Below, in pieces: positions 10,958 through 21,801 of a stretch of DNA of 32,000 bases. Both the position numbers and the translations under genes were made by a program. The stretch comes from Wolbachia endosymbiont of Dirofilaria (Dirofilaria) immitis. Lineage in GTDB: Bacteria > Pseudomonadota > Alphaproteobacteria > Rickettsiales > Anaplasmataceae. The stretch is from NCBI RefSeq assembly GCF_013365455.1, contig NZ_CP046578.1:480001-512000 (forward strand). Reading direction: 5' to 3'. The stretch's first letter is position 1. Each line of letters begins with the position of its first letter. The notes beneath the pieces were generated by a model, which was not told the origin of the DNA, searched no databases, and saw nothing but the letters and a program-made list of their open reading frames with translations.

Positions 10958-11345
10958 CTATTCAATAAAATCAGAACTTCGTATAGCATGACAAACTGCT
11001 ATAGCAAGTGCATCAGCAGCATGGTGACATTTTATATTTAAGTTGTCAACCACCTGACTCACCATAAACATAACTTAATCTTTATTAGCACGGTCATTTA
11101 CAGTTAGCTCCACCACTTCTAACACTAAAATTATGATCACTTCTAGATATCTTAAAGCCAGTGAAGATTTTGGATTTTTACTGACGAAAAAACTTCTACA
11201 CCTCAGCTTAGCTTGGAAAATATACAGTTTACTGCCGGTCAACATAGTGTCACTACCCAAAAATTTGATACTACTTCCTTCATTTAAATTGACACTAACC
11301 TACCAGTCTTATTTATTCCCGAATTAGACCTATTATTTTAACCAT
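10958..11345 (-). pseudogene. ruvC: Decayed ruvC (crossover junction endodeoxyribonuclease)
   Basis: Starts right after the cox3 stop (TAA|ATG, ATG at 11345-11343). Frame 1 reads MVKIIGLIRE*; restoring one base after GL gives GL(D)SGINKTG. Then FLGSD / TGSKLYIFQA, then FFVSKNPKSSLALRYLEVIIILVLEVVELTVNDRANKD*VMFMVSQVVDNLNIKCHHAADALAIAVCHAIRSSDFIE*, TAG at 10960-10958. This matches RuvC features GxDPGxxxTG, LGxGxI, KN..S.L.LG.ARG, K.QV..MV and H.ADALA.A.CHA, but is broken and shortened. Confidence 0.92.
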
Positions 11346-12173
11346 TTAACAAACACTTAACCAATACACAAACACAAATACAAATATCCAGATTATATCT
11401 ATAAAGTGCCAATACCAAGAGGCAAACTCAAAGCACAAATGATCTCGAGATGTAAATTGATCCCTCTGCGCTCTAAACAAACACACTAACAAGAATATTA
11501 TTCCTATTACAACATGCATGCAGTGAAACCCAGTAATTAAATAAAAATTGGATGCATAAATTAACTTTTCTCCTGTCTCTTGTAGAGAAAAACATGCCTC
11601 ATGATACTCTATTGCTTGCACTATTGTAAAAAATACCCCAAGCAGTATAGTTATGGACAACATTTTAACCGTGCTCTCTTTATCATCCTTAAGTAAAAAG
11701 TGGTGCGCAGAGGTAATTGTTGTACTAGAAAGTAATAACACTAATGTATTCATAAATGGCAATGACCACGGATTAAGCGGTAAAATCCCCTTAGGAGGCC
11801 ATTTAACTCTATCTGTAGGGGAAAATGCCTCAAACAAAAAAACTGGGTCGAGCCAAGCTTTAAAGAATGAACAAAAGAACACTGCAAAAAACATAATTTC
11901 TGAAAGGATAAATAAATACATTGCAACCTTGAGTCCATGCTTTACAATTGCAGTATGACATTTATCGTAAATGGCTTCTTTTATTACATCTTTCCACCAA
12001 CAAAACAACACTCCTGATATTGCAGAGATTCCTAAAACTAAACTAAATACTCCAGAAACTTGTTTACGGAACGTGCCAACCAACCCGAGTACAAAAACAA
12101 GAATTGCCGCTGATATAATAATTGGCCAAGGACTTGGATCCACTAAATGAAAATTATGCTCTTTACTTCCCAT
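11346..12173 (-). CDS. Cytochrome c oxidase subunit III
   Basis: 'HNFHLVDPSPWPIIISAAILVFVLGLVG', 'LKVAMYLFILSEIMFFAVFFCSFFKAWLDP', 'WPPKGI.PLNPWSLPFMNTLVLLLSSTTITSAHH', 'FYLITGFHCMHVVIG', 'ASWYWHFIDIIWIFVFVFVYW'. The listed ORF begins at 12197; an internal ATG at 12173 (MGSKEHNFHLVDPSPWP) is likely the true start. Confidence 0.96.
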   Translation of the reverse strand: MGSKEHNFHLVDPSPWPIIISAAILVFVLGLVGTFRKQVSGVFSLVLGISAISGVLFCWWKDVIKEAIYDKCHTAIVKHGLKVAMYLFILSEIMFFAVFFCSFFKAWLDPVFLFEAFSPTDRVKWPPKGILPLNPWSLPFMNTLVLLLSSTTITSAHHFLLKDDKESTVKMLSITILLGVFFTIVQAIEYHEACFSLQETGEKLIYASNFYLITGFHCMHVVIGIIFLLVCLFRAQRDQFTSRDHLCFEFASWYWHFIDIIWIFVFVFVYWLSVC

Positions 12174-12703
12174 ACTACTTTCAAAAATAAATACCAAGCA
12201 TATAAATTAGCTTTAAATTGTCAATGCTACTAGGGAATAAGTGATCAAATTTTAAGAAATTACATACGCTATTCTAAATAACTCAAGCATTTTTACTTCT
12301 CTCATTTCTACTTAGTTTTTTACAACATTCATCAATAGTATTTCTTAAAATGATACATCATTATATCTATTGTTTTTTAAAATCTACTTTCCACATTATT
12401 AATAACAGTCCTACACATTAATATGCAAAACCACAAAACTATTATAATACTCATAATACTCCATATATAAAGTAAATAAAAAATTAGCAAGGTTAAAATA
12501 GATAATGAGAGACTTCTTCGACATCCCAGATCACATACAGTAAAGTAGCAATCATAGAAAAATCTATTAGCAGCTACTAACCTTTGTATCACTTTAACAA
12601 TATAACTTTGAATTTTCTATATATAGCTAATTACACTCTTTAAAAGTTTAATCCATAGCAACTCTTAGTTATATTATTAAACATATAAAAATACTAAAAA
12701 ACA

Positions 12704-12711
12704 GGGGGGGG
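12704..12711 (+). repeat. Poly-G (G8) homopolymer tract in AT-rich spacer
   Basis: ...aaaaaacaGGGGGGGGtggttaata... Confidence 0.9.
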
Positions 12712-13342
12712 TGGTTAATATGAATAACTCTATGTAAATTACAATCTGTGAGCTGCATTATAACATATTTCAAAACTCCATTTAGCTCTGCAGTCCTACT
12801 GTAAAAGAATTCTGACATGTTCTTTTTTTCACTATTATTATATTTTTTATATAGACTGTTCATGATTCTAGTCACATAATCAATATGGTATTTGCTACAT
12901 TGTACTAAAAAAAGGTCTATCTGTTTCTAATGTTTATTATTAACAACAGTGTTTCTTTCACAATACTACAAATAACTATTCATAGCATATGAAACATTGA
13001 TAAAATGCTGCTTAATCTTCAAGCAACAGAATTACGATATGTAATAACCAATAAAGCATGAGTGCACAGTACCTATTATATGATTATATAAAAAATCCTG
13101 CTAGCATGCTGGTAGTAGAATTTGAATTTTTTATAATTTGTTTGCTCATTTAATATTGAAAGGGTATTCTTTTATTTTATCAGACAAGATTTGATGATTC
13201 TCTTATAGTTCGTTATAGAATCCTTCCTTCATTCTGTTACACACTTTACCCTATAAATAAAAATTGCTGTTAATATAGTGCTACTATTATAAAATGTTAG
13301 TTATACTTTAATACCAAGCTAGCATATTAGCATTAAGTCAAA

Positions 13343-14524
13343 TTAAAAATTCTGGCAATCTAAAAAAATATCTTTGCTGTTCTCTATATTGAATTCTTTA
13401 CGAAGAGTGCTAGACAAACTTGTGTCTTCCCAAGAAAATTTACCATCTTCTCCTGATTTTTTACCGAAGTGTCCATAATAGGCCGTATATTTATATATAG
13501 GACGGTTAAGCGATAAATGTTTAATGATACCTTTGGTTGATAAATCTATATTATTTTCAATAAATTCTTTAACCCTTTTTTCATCTACCGTATTTGTACC
13601 AAATGTATCAATATAGAATGAAGTAGGTTTTGATATACCAATTGCATAAGAAAGCTGAACAAGACAACGCTCAGCTAAGCCCGCAAAGACAATATTTTTA
13701 GCAAGATATCTTGCCATATAGGCTGCAGATCTATCAACTTTTGTTGCATCTTTTCCAGAAAACGCTCCCCCACCGTGTGGAATATATCCTCCATAAGTAT
13801 CAACCATAATTTTTCGTCCAGTTAACCCACAATCGCCAGCTGGTCCACCAATAACAAACCTACCAGTCGGATTAACTAGGAGGTTCTCCTCAGGACACAT
13901 CCATCCTTTTGGTAAAGACGAAACTATATAAGGGTAAATTATTTCTCTTACTTTTAGCTGATCTAGGTTTTCTGGATGTTGTATTGAAACAACAATACTC
14001 TCAGCACGCACTGGAAGATTATTCTCATACACCAAAGTGATCTGCGATTTTGCATCTGGCCCAAGCTTCACTTTCCTAGCTGCATTCATAATATTTTTCA
14101 TAATCGAATGCGCATAAAAAATCGGTGCTGGCATGAGGCTTTCTGTCTCTGTTGTTGCATAACCATACATTACCCCCTGATCCCCAGCACCTTGATTCAC
14201 CCCTATTGCAATGTCATTTGATTGTTCATGCAATAATATATTCACCTTCACCTTTCTCCAGTGAAAGCCATCATGCTTATAACCAACACTCCTTATTATA
14301 CTCCTTGCAATATTTTCAATCCTGTAATTTTCAATACTAGGTCCAAACACTTCCCCTGCTATAATAACATTGTCTCTAGTAACTAAAGTTTCTATTGCAG
14401 TTCGCGAAGAAGAGTCAGCAAAAAGGTATTCATCAAGTATTGCATCTGAAATTTGATCTGCAACTTTATCTGGGTGACCAGCCGCAACTGATTCACTAGT
14501 TACAAATTTTTTATGTAAACTCAC
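13343..14524 (-). CDS. metK: S-adenosylmethionine synthetase
   Basis: 'FVTSESVAAGHPDKVADQISDAILDEYL', 'GAGDQGVMYGYATTET', 'GGPAGDCGLTGRKIMVDTYGGYIPHGGGAFSGKDATKVDRSAAYMARY'. Confidence 0.98.
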   Translation of the reverse strand: MSLHKKFVTSESVAAGHPDKVADQISDAILDEYLFADSSSRTAIETLVTRDNVIIAGEVFGPSIENYRIENIARSIIRSVGYKHDGFHWRKVKVNILLHEQSNDIAIGVNQGAGDQGVMYGYATTETESLMPAPIFYAHSIMKNIMNAARKVKLGPDAKSQITLVYENNLPVRAESIVVSIQHPENLDQLKVREIIYPYIVSSLPKGWMCPEENLLVNPTGRFVIGGPAGDCGLTGRKIMVDTYGGYIPHGGGAFSGKDATKVDRSAAYMARYLAKNIVFAGLAERCLVQLSYAIGISKPTSFYIDTFGTNTVDEKRVKEFIENNIDLSTKGIIKHLSLNRPIYKYTAYYGHFGKKSGEDGKFSWEDTSLSSTLRKEFNIENSKDIFLDCQNF

Positions 14525-16243
14525 GCCTTAGATTTTCACTTGTACAACAAAAATTATCATAGAATAACATAGTTAGTAATCACTAAATGACAGACCTTAT
14601 AACTTATAATATAAAAAACCTCCTTACGCTTCTTGCTAATTTGATAAATTAGCTATACAGGTTACATTTACTATCTCTTATATACTTAAAGGCCTCTACC
14701 ATGTTGAGAACTAACAGAAAAACTAAACTAAATTTACAGAATAAAGTTTAACTAAGTCAACAAAAGATTTTTTGTTGTTACTAACTTTAATTAAACTCCA
14801 CTACAAGCAGGTAAAACTCAGGTGATCTTCGATAACTTGTAAGTAACACCTTATAAAGATACTACAGAATTTTCTTCCAGACGAAAAGTATTGTGCGCAT
14901 ATGCATAAGTGTTTTAATTTTTCTAAGTCTTTTGTATACGTCAAGAAAGTAAGTTAATAATGCTAAAAGTTGTTACACACCTAATACTGTGTGCTGTTAT
15001 GATGAGTTAAAGGTTCATAGATTTCTACAAGAGAAAAAAATAAATGCCGCCTATACTGAGTGATGTCAGCCATTGATGAACCTAAGGCTTCATACACAGA
15101 GCATCTCCTCAACCAAGAACTAAGTATATATAATAACACTGACAAAGATAGTCTAGATACCTTTATATTATATTGCTCAATGGCAATGTTTAAGGTTGTA
15201 AAACTTTTTATCAGAAAAGAAAAACATTAACTCTATTAGAAATAGTAAATTTTATATTATTACATTTTGCTGCTATAGAAGTAAATGTAGTGAAAGGTCA
15301 ATTGACACTGTCAGGAAGAGTCATTCAAATGTTGTAGCATTACTTTTTTTTCTCATAAGAGCTGTGTCCATACTATCAATACGCCCTAAAAAAGTAATAA
15401 GAAAGGTTTTTGCGTAGCATTTTAACGCAGATATAAAGTAGGTCTCTAACTTTACTTAAGCCATAAGATGCTCAATGAACTATCAAGTTGTACAGCTTGA
15501 AACCAAAAGCAATTTTACTATTCACTTAGTAATAAGTAATCACTTTGCTCCTATTTATAGAATATATCACAATAACTACACTTTTTGGCAGCAATTTCAG
15601 TATCCATCTCCAAATCTAACAATACTGGTTAACTTATAAAGTTATAGAAAAAAGGAGCAAAATTAGCACTAAAATTAATGTAAAAGGTGATAATATACCT
15701 TTACTTATCAACACCAATATACATTTTAGTAACAAAAAAACTCTAAGATCATCTCTTGCAATGCAGATATACACACCAAAGAAATTTTTATTAGTAAAAT
15801 CAACTTTAAAGAAATAACTAATTTTATAGTCAGCAAGTTCATTACTAATTTCTTATTAATAAATTCAACTAAGAAGTCAGTTATTCGAAAAAGCAGACAA
15901 TAAATTCGAACCCATCTAAATAACCTAACAGCAGATAGCTAGATCACTAGTATTTTTTGTCATACTATTTCACTTAATACTTGTTACTGAAATATTATAA
16001 CGTATCACTTCAAATCTGCAAAGTTTATGCTAACTTATAATTTCTAGATCTAAAAAAAAGAATAAAAAACAGGAAAATAGGACAAACCCAGTTTTATATG
16101 TGATATATCAGTCGCCAGCTTTATTGTATAATGAGTAGCAGCAGAAAAGAAAAAAGACAAATACCTTGAGGAGCAAAAATTGTTATTGAAGAGGTTTCGC
16201 ACTACACCAAATTATTTATAGGGAAAAATCCAAACAAAAAAGT

Positions 16244-16320
16244 TGGTGGGCCTGGGAAGAGTTGAACTTCCGACCTCACGCTTATCAGACGTGTGCTCTG
16301 ACCAGCTGAGCTACAGACCC
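16244..16320 (-). tRNA. tRNA-Ile (anticodon GAT), CCA encoded
   Basis: Reverse complement folds as GGGTCTG TA GCTC AGCTGGTCA GAGC A CACGT CTGATAA GCGTG AGGTC GGAAG TTCAACT CTTCC CAGGCCC A CCA (77 nt). Confidence 0.96.
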
Positions 16321-16329
16321 CTGATTTAT

Positions 16330-16599
16330 CTAAGTTGAAACTTGTATATTGCTCATAGACAAAATATCAATAAAAGTCTTTCCACTTACTGATCTTCTAA
16401 ACTTGACCCAGCCTTCCACTTTAGCAAAAATCGTATGATCTTTACCCATACCAACATTTTTTCCGGGGTGAAATTTTGTTCCCCTTTGACGGACAATTAC
16501 ATTACCAGGAAAGACTTTCCCGTTTTTTTTTATTCCTAACCTACGGCCTGCAGAATTTCTACCATTACAGGAACTACCACTTGATTTTTTAGTAGCCAT
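16330..16599 (-). CDS. rpmA: 50S ribosomal protein L27
   Basis: '[59 protein letters not shown]'. Confidence 0.97.
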   Translation of the reverse strand: MATKKSSGSSCNGRNSAGRRLGIKKNGKVFPGNVIVRQRGTKFHPGKNVGMGKDHTIFAKVEGWVKFRRSVSGKTFIDILSMSNIQVST

Positions 16600-16609
16600 A
16601 TTTTACCTC

Positions 16610-16912
16610 TTACCTTTGAAGATTAATTTCACTGATACGAAGAACAGTTATATACTGTCTATGGCCAATTTTTCTACGATAATTTTTTCTTCTCTTTTTT
16701 TTGAAGACTATAATTTTTTCCCCTTTACGTTGCTCAAGCACTTTAGCTTTAACAGTAACATTCGGTGAATAAGACAAACCACTATCCGAAAAACAAATTA
16801 CTCTATTGATTTCTACCTCCTTTCCTTCCTCAGCCTTCAATTTTTCTATTTTTATCACGCTACCCCTTTTCACTAAGTACTGCTTTCCACCTGTCTCGAT
16901 TACCGCAAACAT
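16610..16912 (-). CDS. rplU: 50S ribosomal protein L21
   Basis: 'MFAVIETGGKQYLVKRGSVIKIEKL...GEKIIVFKKKRRKNYRRKIGHRQYITVLRI'. Confidence 0.97.
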   Translation of the reverse strand: MFAVIETGGKQYLVKRGSVIKIEKLKAEEGKEVEINRVICFSDSGLSYSPNVTVKAKVLEQRKGEKIIVFKKKRRKNYRRKIGHRQYITVLRISEINLQR

Positions 16913-16942
16913 ATCAAATACACACTCTCACTACTAATTTTA

Positions 16943-16971
16943 ATAATAAAAGGTGCCATATATATTGTCAA
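16943..16971 (-). promoter_or_regulatory. Sigma70-type promoter for rplU-rpmA-tRNA-Ile
   Basis: Minus strand TTGACA (16971-16966), 17-nt spacer atatatatggcaccttt, TATTAT (16948-16943), about 30 nt upstream of the rplU ATG. Confidence 0.75.
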
Positions 16972-17961
16972 GACAAATAACCCACCTGAAGTCACATCAA
17001 ACACCTCCAGTAGACACAACAGGGAACGTGCTACGAGTAAAGCAATTACCCCCAAAAGCTTTGATGATTATATTTAACAGCACAATATAACATGTCCACT
17101 TTTTTTGAAACTCCTTTTATATCTTTAACTCAGCCTAACACTTCCTTCAAAGGATCATTGAAATAATTGAACTTCTTGATCAACTTACTATTCCATTTCA
17201 CCTTTCCCAAAATTATCTCTCACTAAAATCCTTGATCCCTTTACCGCTAATTTTCCCGCCTTTTTACATCTTGTAAAATCTGTGCTTTACTTAGAGTAAA
17301 GCAGCATTACCCTCTTAATTACTATTCTATATCTTCTACCTTGTCTACACCCAAAAATTTACCTTTTATATCTATTCTCACAAACAAAATTTCCTCTCTT
17401 TAATTCCCTTCTTCACTTCGCACCACTCTCAGCTTCTCACTTTGTATTACATTAAATCTACTAGATCAAAAATCAATGCTTGTAGCAATAACAAAAATAC
17501 TTTGTTCCACTCTTGAACTTTTCACTACCATTGCTCTTTAAATAAGCGATAAAATATTTCACTAAGTAAACTTACCACTTTTTATTAATAAGCTATCTAT
17601 ATGGATTCTATATTCTTGTTTTGTATGTTCTTGCTTTATGTAAAGCTTCATACCGTTTCTTTATCTACTCTGTTTGACTCACTTCTTTTATAATATAAAA
17701 TAACATAATCAAAATCTGAAACCAGCTCAAATTCTGCAACTAAAAAAGTATATCTTTACCCATAGCACATGGAGAAATAGAACTAGCTGCATCATCTTGA
17801 TAGATGATACCAAAGACATTTTACCTACAGGTAGAGTAACTCTCAGATGCCTTCAATCTTACATAATCTTATGAATTATATTAATAAACTCACACATTCC
17901 AACACATAGATATAAGAACATAGACCTGAAACATTATAAGGTGTGTTGTTAACATAAAAGA

Positions 17962-19386
17962 TTAGTCATTTAATCTTTCACTCAAAATCAAATTCACAAC
18001 ATCAGGGTTAGCTTTTCCTTTAGTAAATTTCATAACTTCACCAACGAAAAATCCGTATAATTTTATCTTACCACTTTTATATTCTTGAACCTTATCTTGG
18101 TTATCATCAATAATCCTGCTGACAATCTCTGATATTTGCCTTTTATCAACTACTTGCCTTAAATCATATTCTTCTATAATAAGAGAAGCAGACTTACCAG
18201 TTTCAAACATAATATCAAAAACCCGCTTACCAAGTTTAGCAGATATTGTTCCATTAACAATAAAATCTAAAAGCTTCGATAAGGCATTTGCTTTAATTGG
18301 AGAGTTTGTGATATCAATGCTCGCTTTATTCAAACGACCAAAAAGTTCTACGGTTAACCAAGTAATTGCAAGCTTTAAATCGTGTTTTTTTATCAATTCT
18401 TCAAAGTAGTCAGCAATTGCTTTGTCAGAAATAATAACGTCCGCGTCATATTCATTGATACCTAATTCCCTAATATATCGCAGTTTTTTTTGATCTGGCA
18501 ATTCAGGTAAAGATAACTTAATAGAATCAATTCTGTCCTGGCTTATCTCAACAGGCAATAAATCAGGCTCAGGAAAATATCTATAGTCACTTGCATCCTC
18601 TTTGTTCCGCATTACCTTTGTTTCTCTTAAAGCAACATCAAATAACAAGGTATCTTGATTTACCCTTCCTCCACTCTCTAAAATCTCAATTTGTCTTTGT
18701 ATTTCATAGTCTATAGCTTGAATAATACAACGTATTGAATTCAGGTTTTTTATTTCACAACGAGTGCCAAATGCATCACTGCCTCTTGGACGTACAGAAA
18801 CATTTGCATCACAACGAAGTGACCCACTTTCCATGTCACCATCACATGAACCAATGTAACGCAAAATCTGCCTTAACTTTTTCATAAATTCTGCAGCTTC
18901 TGCAGATGACCTAAGATCTGGCTCTGAAACGATTTCCATTAAAGCAACCCCTGCACGATTTAGATCTACGTAAGTCTTACTTTTTCCATGAATGCTCCTT
19001 CCTGCATCTTGTTCTAAATGAATCCTTGCAACTCCTATTTCTTTTTCATTATTTTCGATAAAAATTTTGCCGTTCTTAACTATCGGCTCAAAAAACTGAG
19101 TTATCTGATAACCTTGCGGTAAATCAGGGTAAAAATAATTTTTCCGATCAAAATAGGAATACTTATTAATCTCTGCAGAAAGTGCAAGACCAGTGCGTAT
19201 TACCTGTTCTATAGAGTAATAATTTAGTATCGGTAATGTACCTGGCATTGCTGCATCAAACAGAGAAACCTGAGTATTATGCTCAGCACCAAACTTAGTT
19301 GATGAATTAGAAAATAGCTTTGCCTTAGAAGAAATTTGAGCATGCACCTCAAGCCCAATTACTGCTTCCCAATCCTCTTTTGACAT
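17962..19386 (-). CDS. gatB: Aspartyl/glutamyl-tRNA(Asn/Gln) amidotransferase subunit B
   Basis: '[22 protein letters not shown]', '[12 protein letters not shown]', '[19 protein letters not shown]', '[18 protein letters not shown]', '[16 protein letters not shown]'. Confidence 0.98.
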   Translation of the reverse strand: MSKEDWEAVIGLEVHAQISSKAKLFSNSSTKFGAEHNTQVSLFDAAMPGTLPILNYYSIEQVIRTGLALSAEINKYSYFDRKNYFYPDLPQGYQITQFFEPIVKNGKIFIENNEKEIGVARIHLEQDAGRSIHGKSKTYVDLNRAGVALMEIVSEPDLRSSAEAAEFMKKLRQILRYIGSCDGDMESGSLRCDANVSVRPRGSDAFGTRCEIKNLNSIRCIIQAIDYEIQRQIEILESGGRVNQDTLLFDVALRETKVMRNKEDASDYRYFPEPDLLPVEISQDRIDSIKLSLPELPDQKKLRYIRELGINEYDADVIISDKAIADYFEELIKKHDLKLAITWLTVELFGRLNKASIDITNSPIKANALSKLLDFIVNGTISAKLGKRVFDIMFETGKSASLIIEEYDLRQVVDKRQISEIVSRIIDDNQDKVQEYKSGKIKLYGFFVGEVMKFTKGKANPDVVNLILSERLND

Positions 19387-19787
19387 GCACTTAACTTAAA
19401 TAGTAATTTGAATATTCTGCAAAATTAGCACAAAAAGTCAAAAATAAAACTCATGTTTTTATATTTCCATCTTAATTTTTTAATATAATGATTTTAAATC
19501 ATTATATTAAAACAAATATTGCAGTTTTAGATAAAAGTATAAAAAACCATTTGATAACCCTCCATTAACTCAATCTATTGTAAGATTAAAGATATTCAGT
19601 CACCTTCAGATCTATACAAAGATTAAACCAAAAAAAGGGCTAAGTACTTGGCACCTTTCCTTTACTCAATAAGCCTTTTAAATACTAAAGCATCTTATAA
19701 CTAGGTAAGAAAGCCTCACCTAAATAAATTTAAAAAATATACTATAAAAAGCTGACACTGAACGAAAAAAATCAAATACACCTCCCC

Positions 19788-21707
19788 CTATTTATTTTCT
19801 TCTTTGTTATCTATATCCTGATAATCAGAATCCACCACCTTTCCTTCCTCACTATTTGACATAGACGAACCGGCAGAGTCTTTTCCACCCTGCTGTTGAG
19901 ATTCTTTATATACAACTTCTCCAAGCTTCATAGATAACTGAGAAAGATTAGTAATCTTCTGCTGTATTAAATCAACATCATTAACACTATTAGACTTGAT
20001 GACTTCCTTTAACTCATTGACTGCATTTTCAATAGCAGACTTATCCTCTGGTAAAACTTTATTACCATACTCTTTCAGAGACCTCTCTGTATAATGAACT
20101 AAACTATCTGCCTGATTCTTTACTTCAATGAATTTCTTACGTTCCTCATCCTCTTGTGCCTTTTCCTCAGCTTCTCTCACCATGCGACTTATTTCATCAT
20201 CAGATAAACCACCTGAAGACTGAATACGTATTTTTTGCTCTTTCTTAGTAGCTTTATCTTTTGCAGAAACATGAACTATTCCATTCGCATCTATATCAAA
20301 TGTCACTTCAATCTGAGGAATTCCACGAGGAGCAGGTGGTATTCCTTCTAAACTAAATTGGCCGAGCAATTTATTATCAACCGCCAATTTCCTCTCACCT
20401 TGATATACCTTAATAGTAACAGCAGCTTGATTATCCTCTGCAGTTGAAAATACCTGAGATTTTTTAGTAGGAATTGTAGTATTACGCTCAATAAGCGGAG
20501 TGAATACTCCCCCTAAAGTTTCAATACCAAGAGAAAGTGGTGTTACATCAAGTAATAATACATCCCTTACATCACCTTGAACAATTCCTGCTTGTATTGC
20601 AGCTCCAATCGCCACAACTTCATCAGGATTTACCCCTCTATGCGGATCTTTACCAAAGAACTCTTTAACCTTCTCGATTACTTTTGGCATGCGGGTCATT
20701 CCACCAACAAGTACCACTTCACCAATTTGACTAGCAGACATACCAGCATCTTCAAGAGCCTTTTTACAAGGAACCATAGTCCTTTTAATTAAATCATTCA
20801 CTAAACTTTCAAGTTTAGCCCTTGTTAACTTCATATTTAAGTGTTTTGGGCCACTTGCATCAGCTGTAATGAACGGTAGATTTATCTCCGTTTCCATCGC
20901 ACTTGATAATTCAATTTTTGCTTTTTCCGCAGCCTCTTTGATCCTCTGCATAGCCATTGGATCATTTCTCAAGCTTACACTACTATTTTTTTTAAACTCA
21001 TCTAATAAGTAACTTACTACTGCATCATCAAAGTCTTCACCACCAAGATGAGTATCACCATTCGTTGCTTTAACCTCAAAAACTCCATCACCTATTTCAA
21101 GTACTGAAACATCAAATGTACCACCACCAAGGTCATATACTACTATCGTGTGTCCATGCTTCTTATCAAGACCATAAGCAAGCGCTGCAGCAGTAGGCTC
21201 ATTAACTATCCTTAGTACATTTAACCCAGCAATTTTCCCTGCATCCTTTGTTGCTTGGCGTTGAGAGTCATTAAAATAAGCTGGCACTGTTATCACAGCA
21301 TCCTTTACCTCTTCTCCAAGATAAGCTTCTGCTGCTTCTTTCATGTTTTGCAGTATAAATGCACCAATTTGACTAGGGGAGTATTCTCTATTACCAGCTG
21401 TTTTAACCCATGCATCGCCATTTTTTGCCGCAAACACTTTATACGGAACATTTAGACTTTTTATCTCAGGATCACTATGTTGACGACCTATCAATCTCTT
21501 AGTAGCAAAAAAGGTATTGCTTGCATTTGTAGTTGCTTGTCTTTTTGCAGGAGCACCAATCAATCTTTCGCCCGATGAAGTAAATGCAACTATAGATGGA
21601 GTAGTTCTTGCTCCTTCTTTATTTTCTATTACCTTTGTGTCCTTACCTTGCATTATCGCAACACAAGAATTTGTTGTCCCAAGATCTATACCTATTGCTC
21701 TCCCCAT
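19788..21707 (-). CDS. dnaK: Chaperone protein DnaK (Hsp70)
   Basis: '[42 protein letters not shown]', '[39 protein letters not shown]', '[11 protein letters not shown]'. The listed start at 21740 is 11 codons upstream of the expected ATG at 21707. Confidence 0.98.
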   Translation of the reverse strand: MGRAIGIDLGTTNSCVAIMQGKDTKVIENKEGARTTPSIVAFTSSGERLIGAPAKRQATTNASNTFFATKRLIGRQHSDPEIKSLNVPYKVFAAKNGDAWVKTAGNREYSPSQIGAFILQNMKEAAEAYLGEEVKDAVITVPAYFNDSQRQATKDAGKIAGLNVLRIVNEPTAAALAYGLDKKHGHTIVVYDLGGGTFDVSVLEIGDGVFEVKATNGDTHLGGEDFDDAVVSYLLDEFKKNSSVSLRNDPMAMQRIKEAAEKAKIELSSAMETEINLPFITADASGPKHLNMKLTRAKLESLVNDLIKRTMVPCKKALEDAGMSASQIGEVVLVGGMTRMPKVIEKVKEFFGKDPHRGVNPDEVVAIGAAIQAGIVQGDVRDVLLLDVTPLSLGIETLGGVFTPLIERNTTIPTKKSQVFSTAEDNQAAVTIKVYQGERKLAVDNKLLGQFSLEGIPPAPRGIPQIEVTFDIDANGIVHVSAKDKATKKEQKIRIQSSGGLSDDEISRMVREAEEKAQEDEERKKFIEVKNQADSLVHYTERSLKEYGNKVLPEDKSAIENAVNELKEVIKSNSVNDVDLIQQKITNLSQLSMKLGEVVYKESQQQGGKDSAGSSMSNSEEGKVVDSDYQDIDNKEENK

Positions 21708-21801
21708 AATGAATACTCCCTTGTAAATATTATCTAACATAAGGATATATAAGTATGAAACTTACTAATTACAAGTCCCATTTGGGATTTCTAATTAGCT
21801 A

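Noticed and set aside
11075-11260. Minus-strand 61-aa ORF as a stand-alone gene
   Set aside because: It is the middle part of the ruvC remnant, ended by the premature TAA.
11133-11327. Plus-strand ORF of 64 aa
   Set aside because: Antisense shadow of the ruvC remnant. The minus strand carries recognisable RuvC blocks.
12377-12875. Two short minus-strand ORFs between metK and cox3
   Set aside because: Hydrophobic or low-complexity translations with no motif. One merely reads through the G8 tract.
14525-16243. Search for tmRNA, RNase P RNA, SRP RNA, rRNA or a SAM riboswitch upstream of metK
   Set aside because: I saw no recognisable consensus elements. An Rfam/Infernal scan would be needed to exclude them.
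20577-21726. Plus-strand ORFs opposite dnaK (20577-20792, 21255-21455, 21517-21726)
   Set aside because: Mirror ORFs caused by codon bias in a highly conserved gene.
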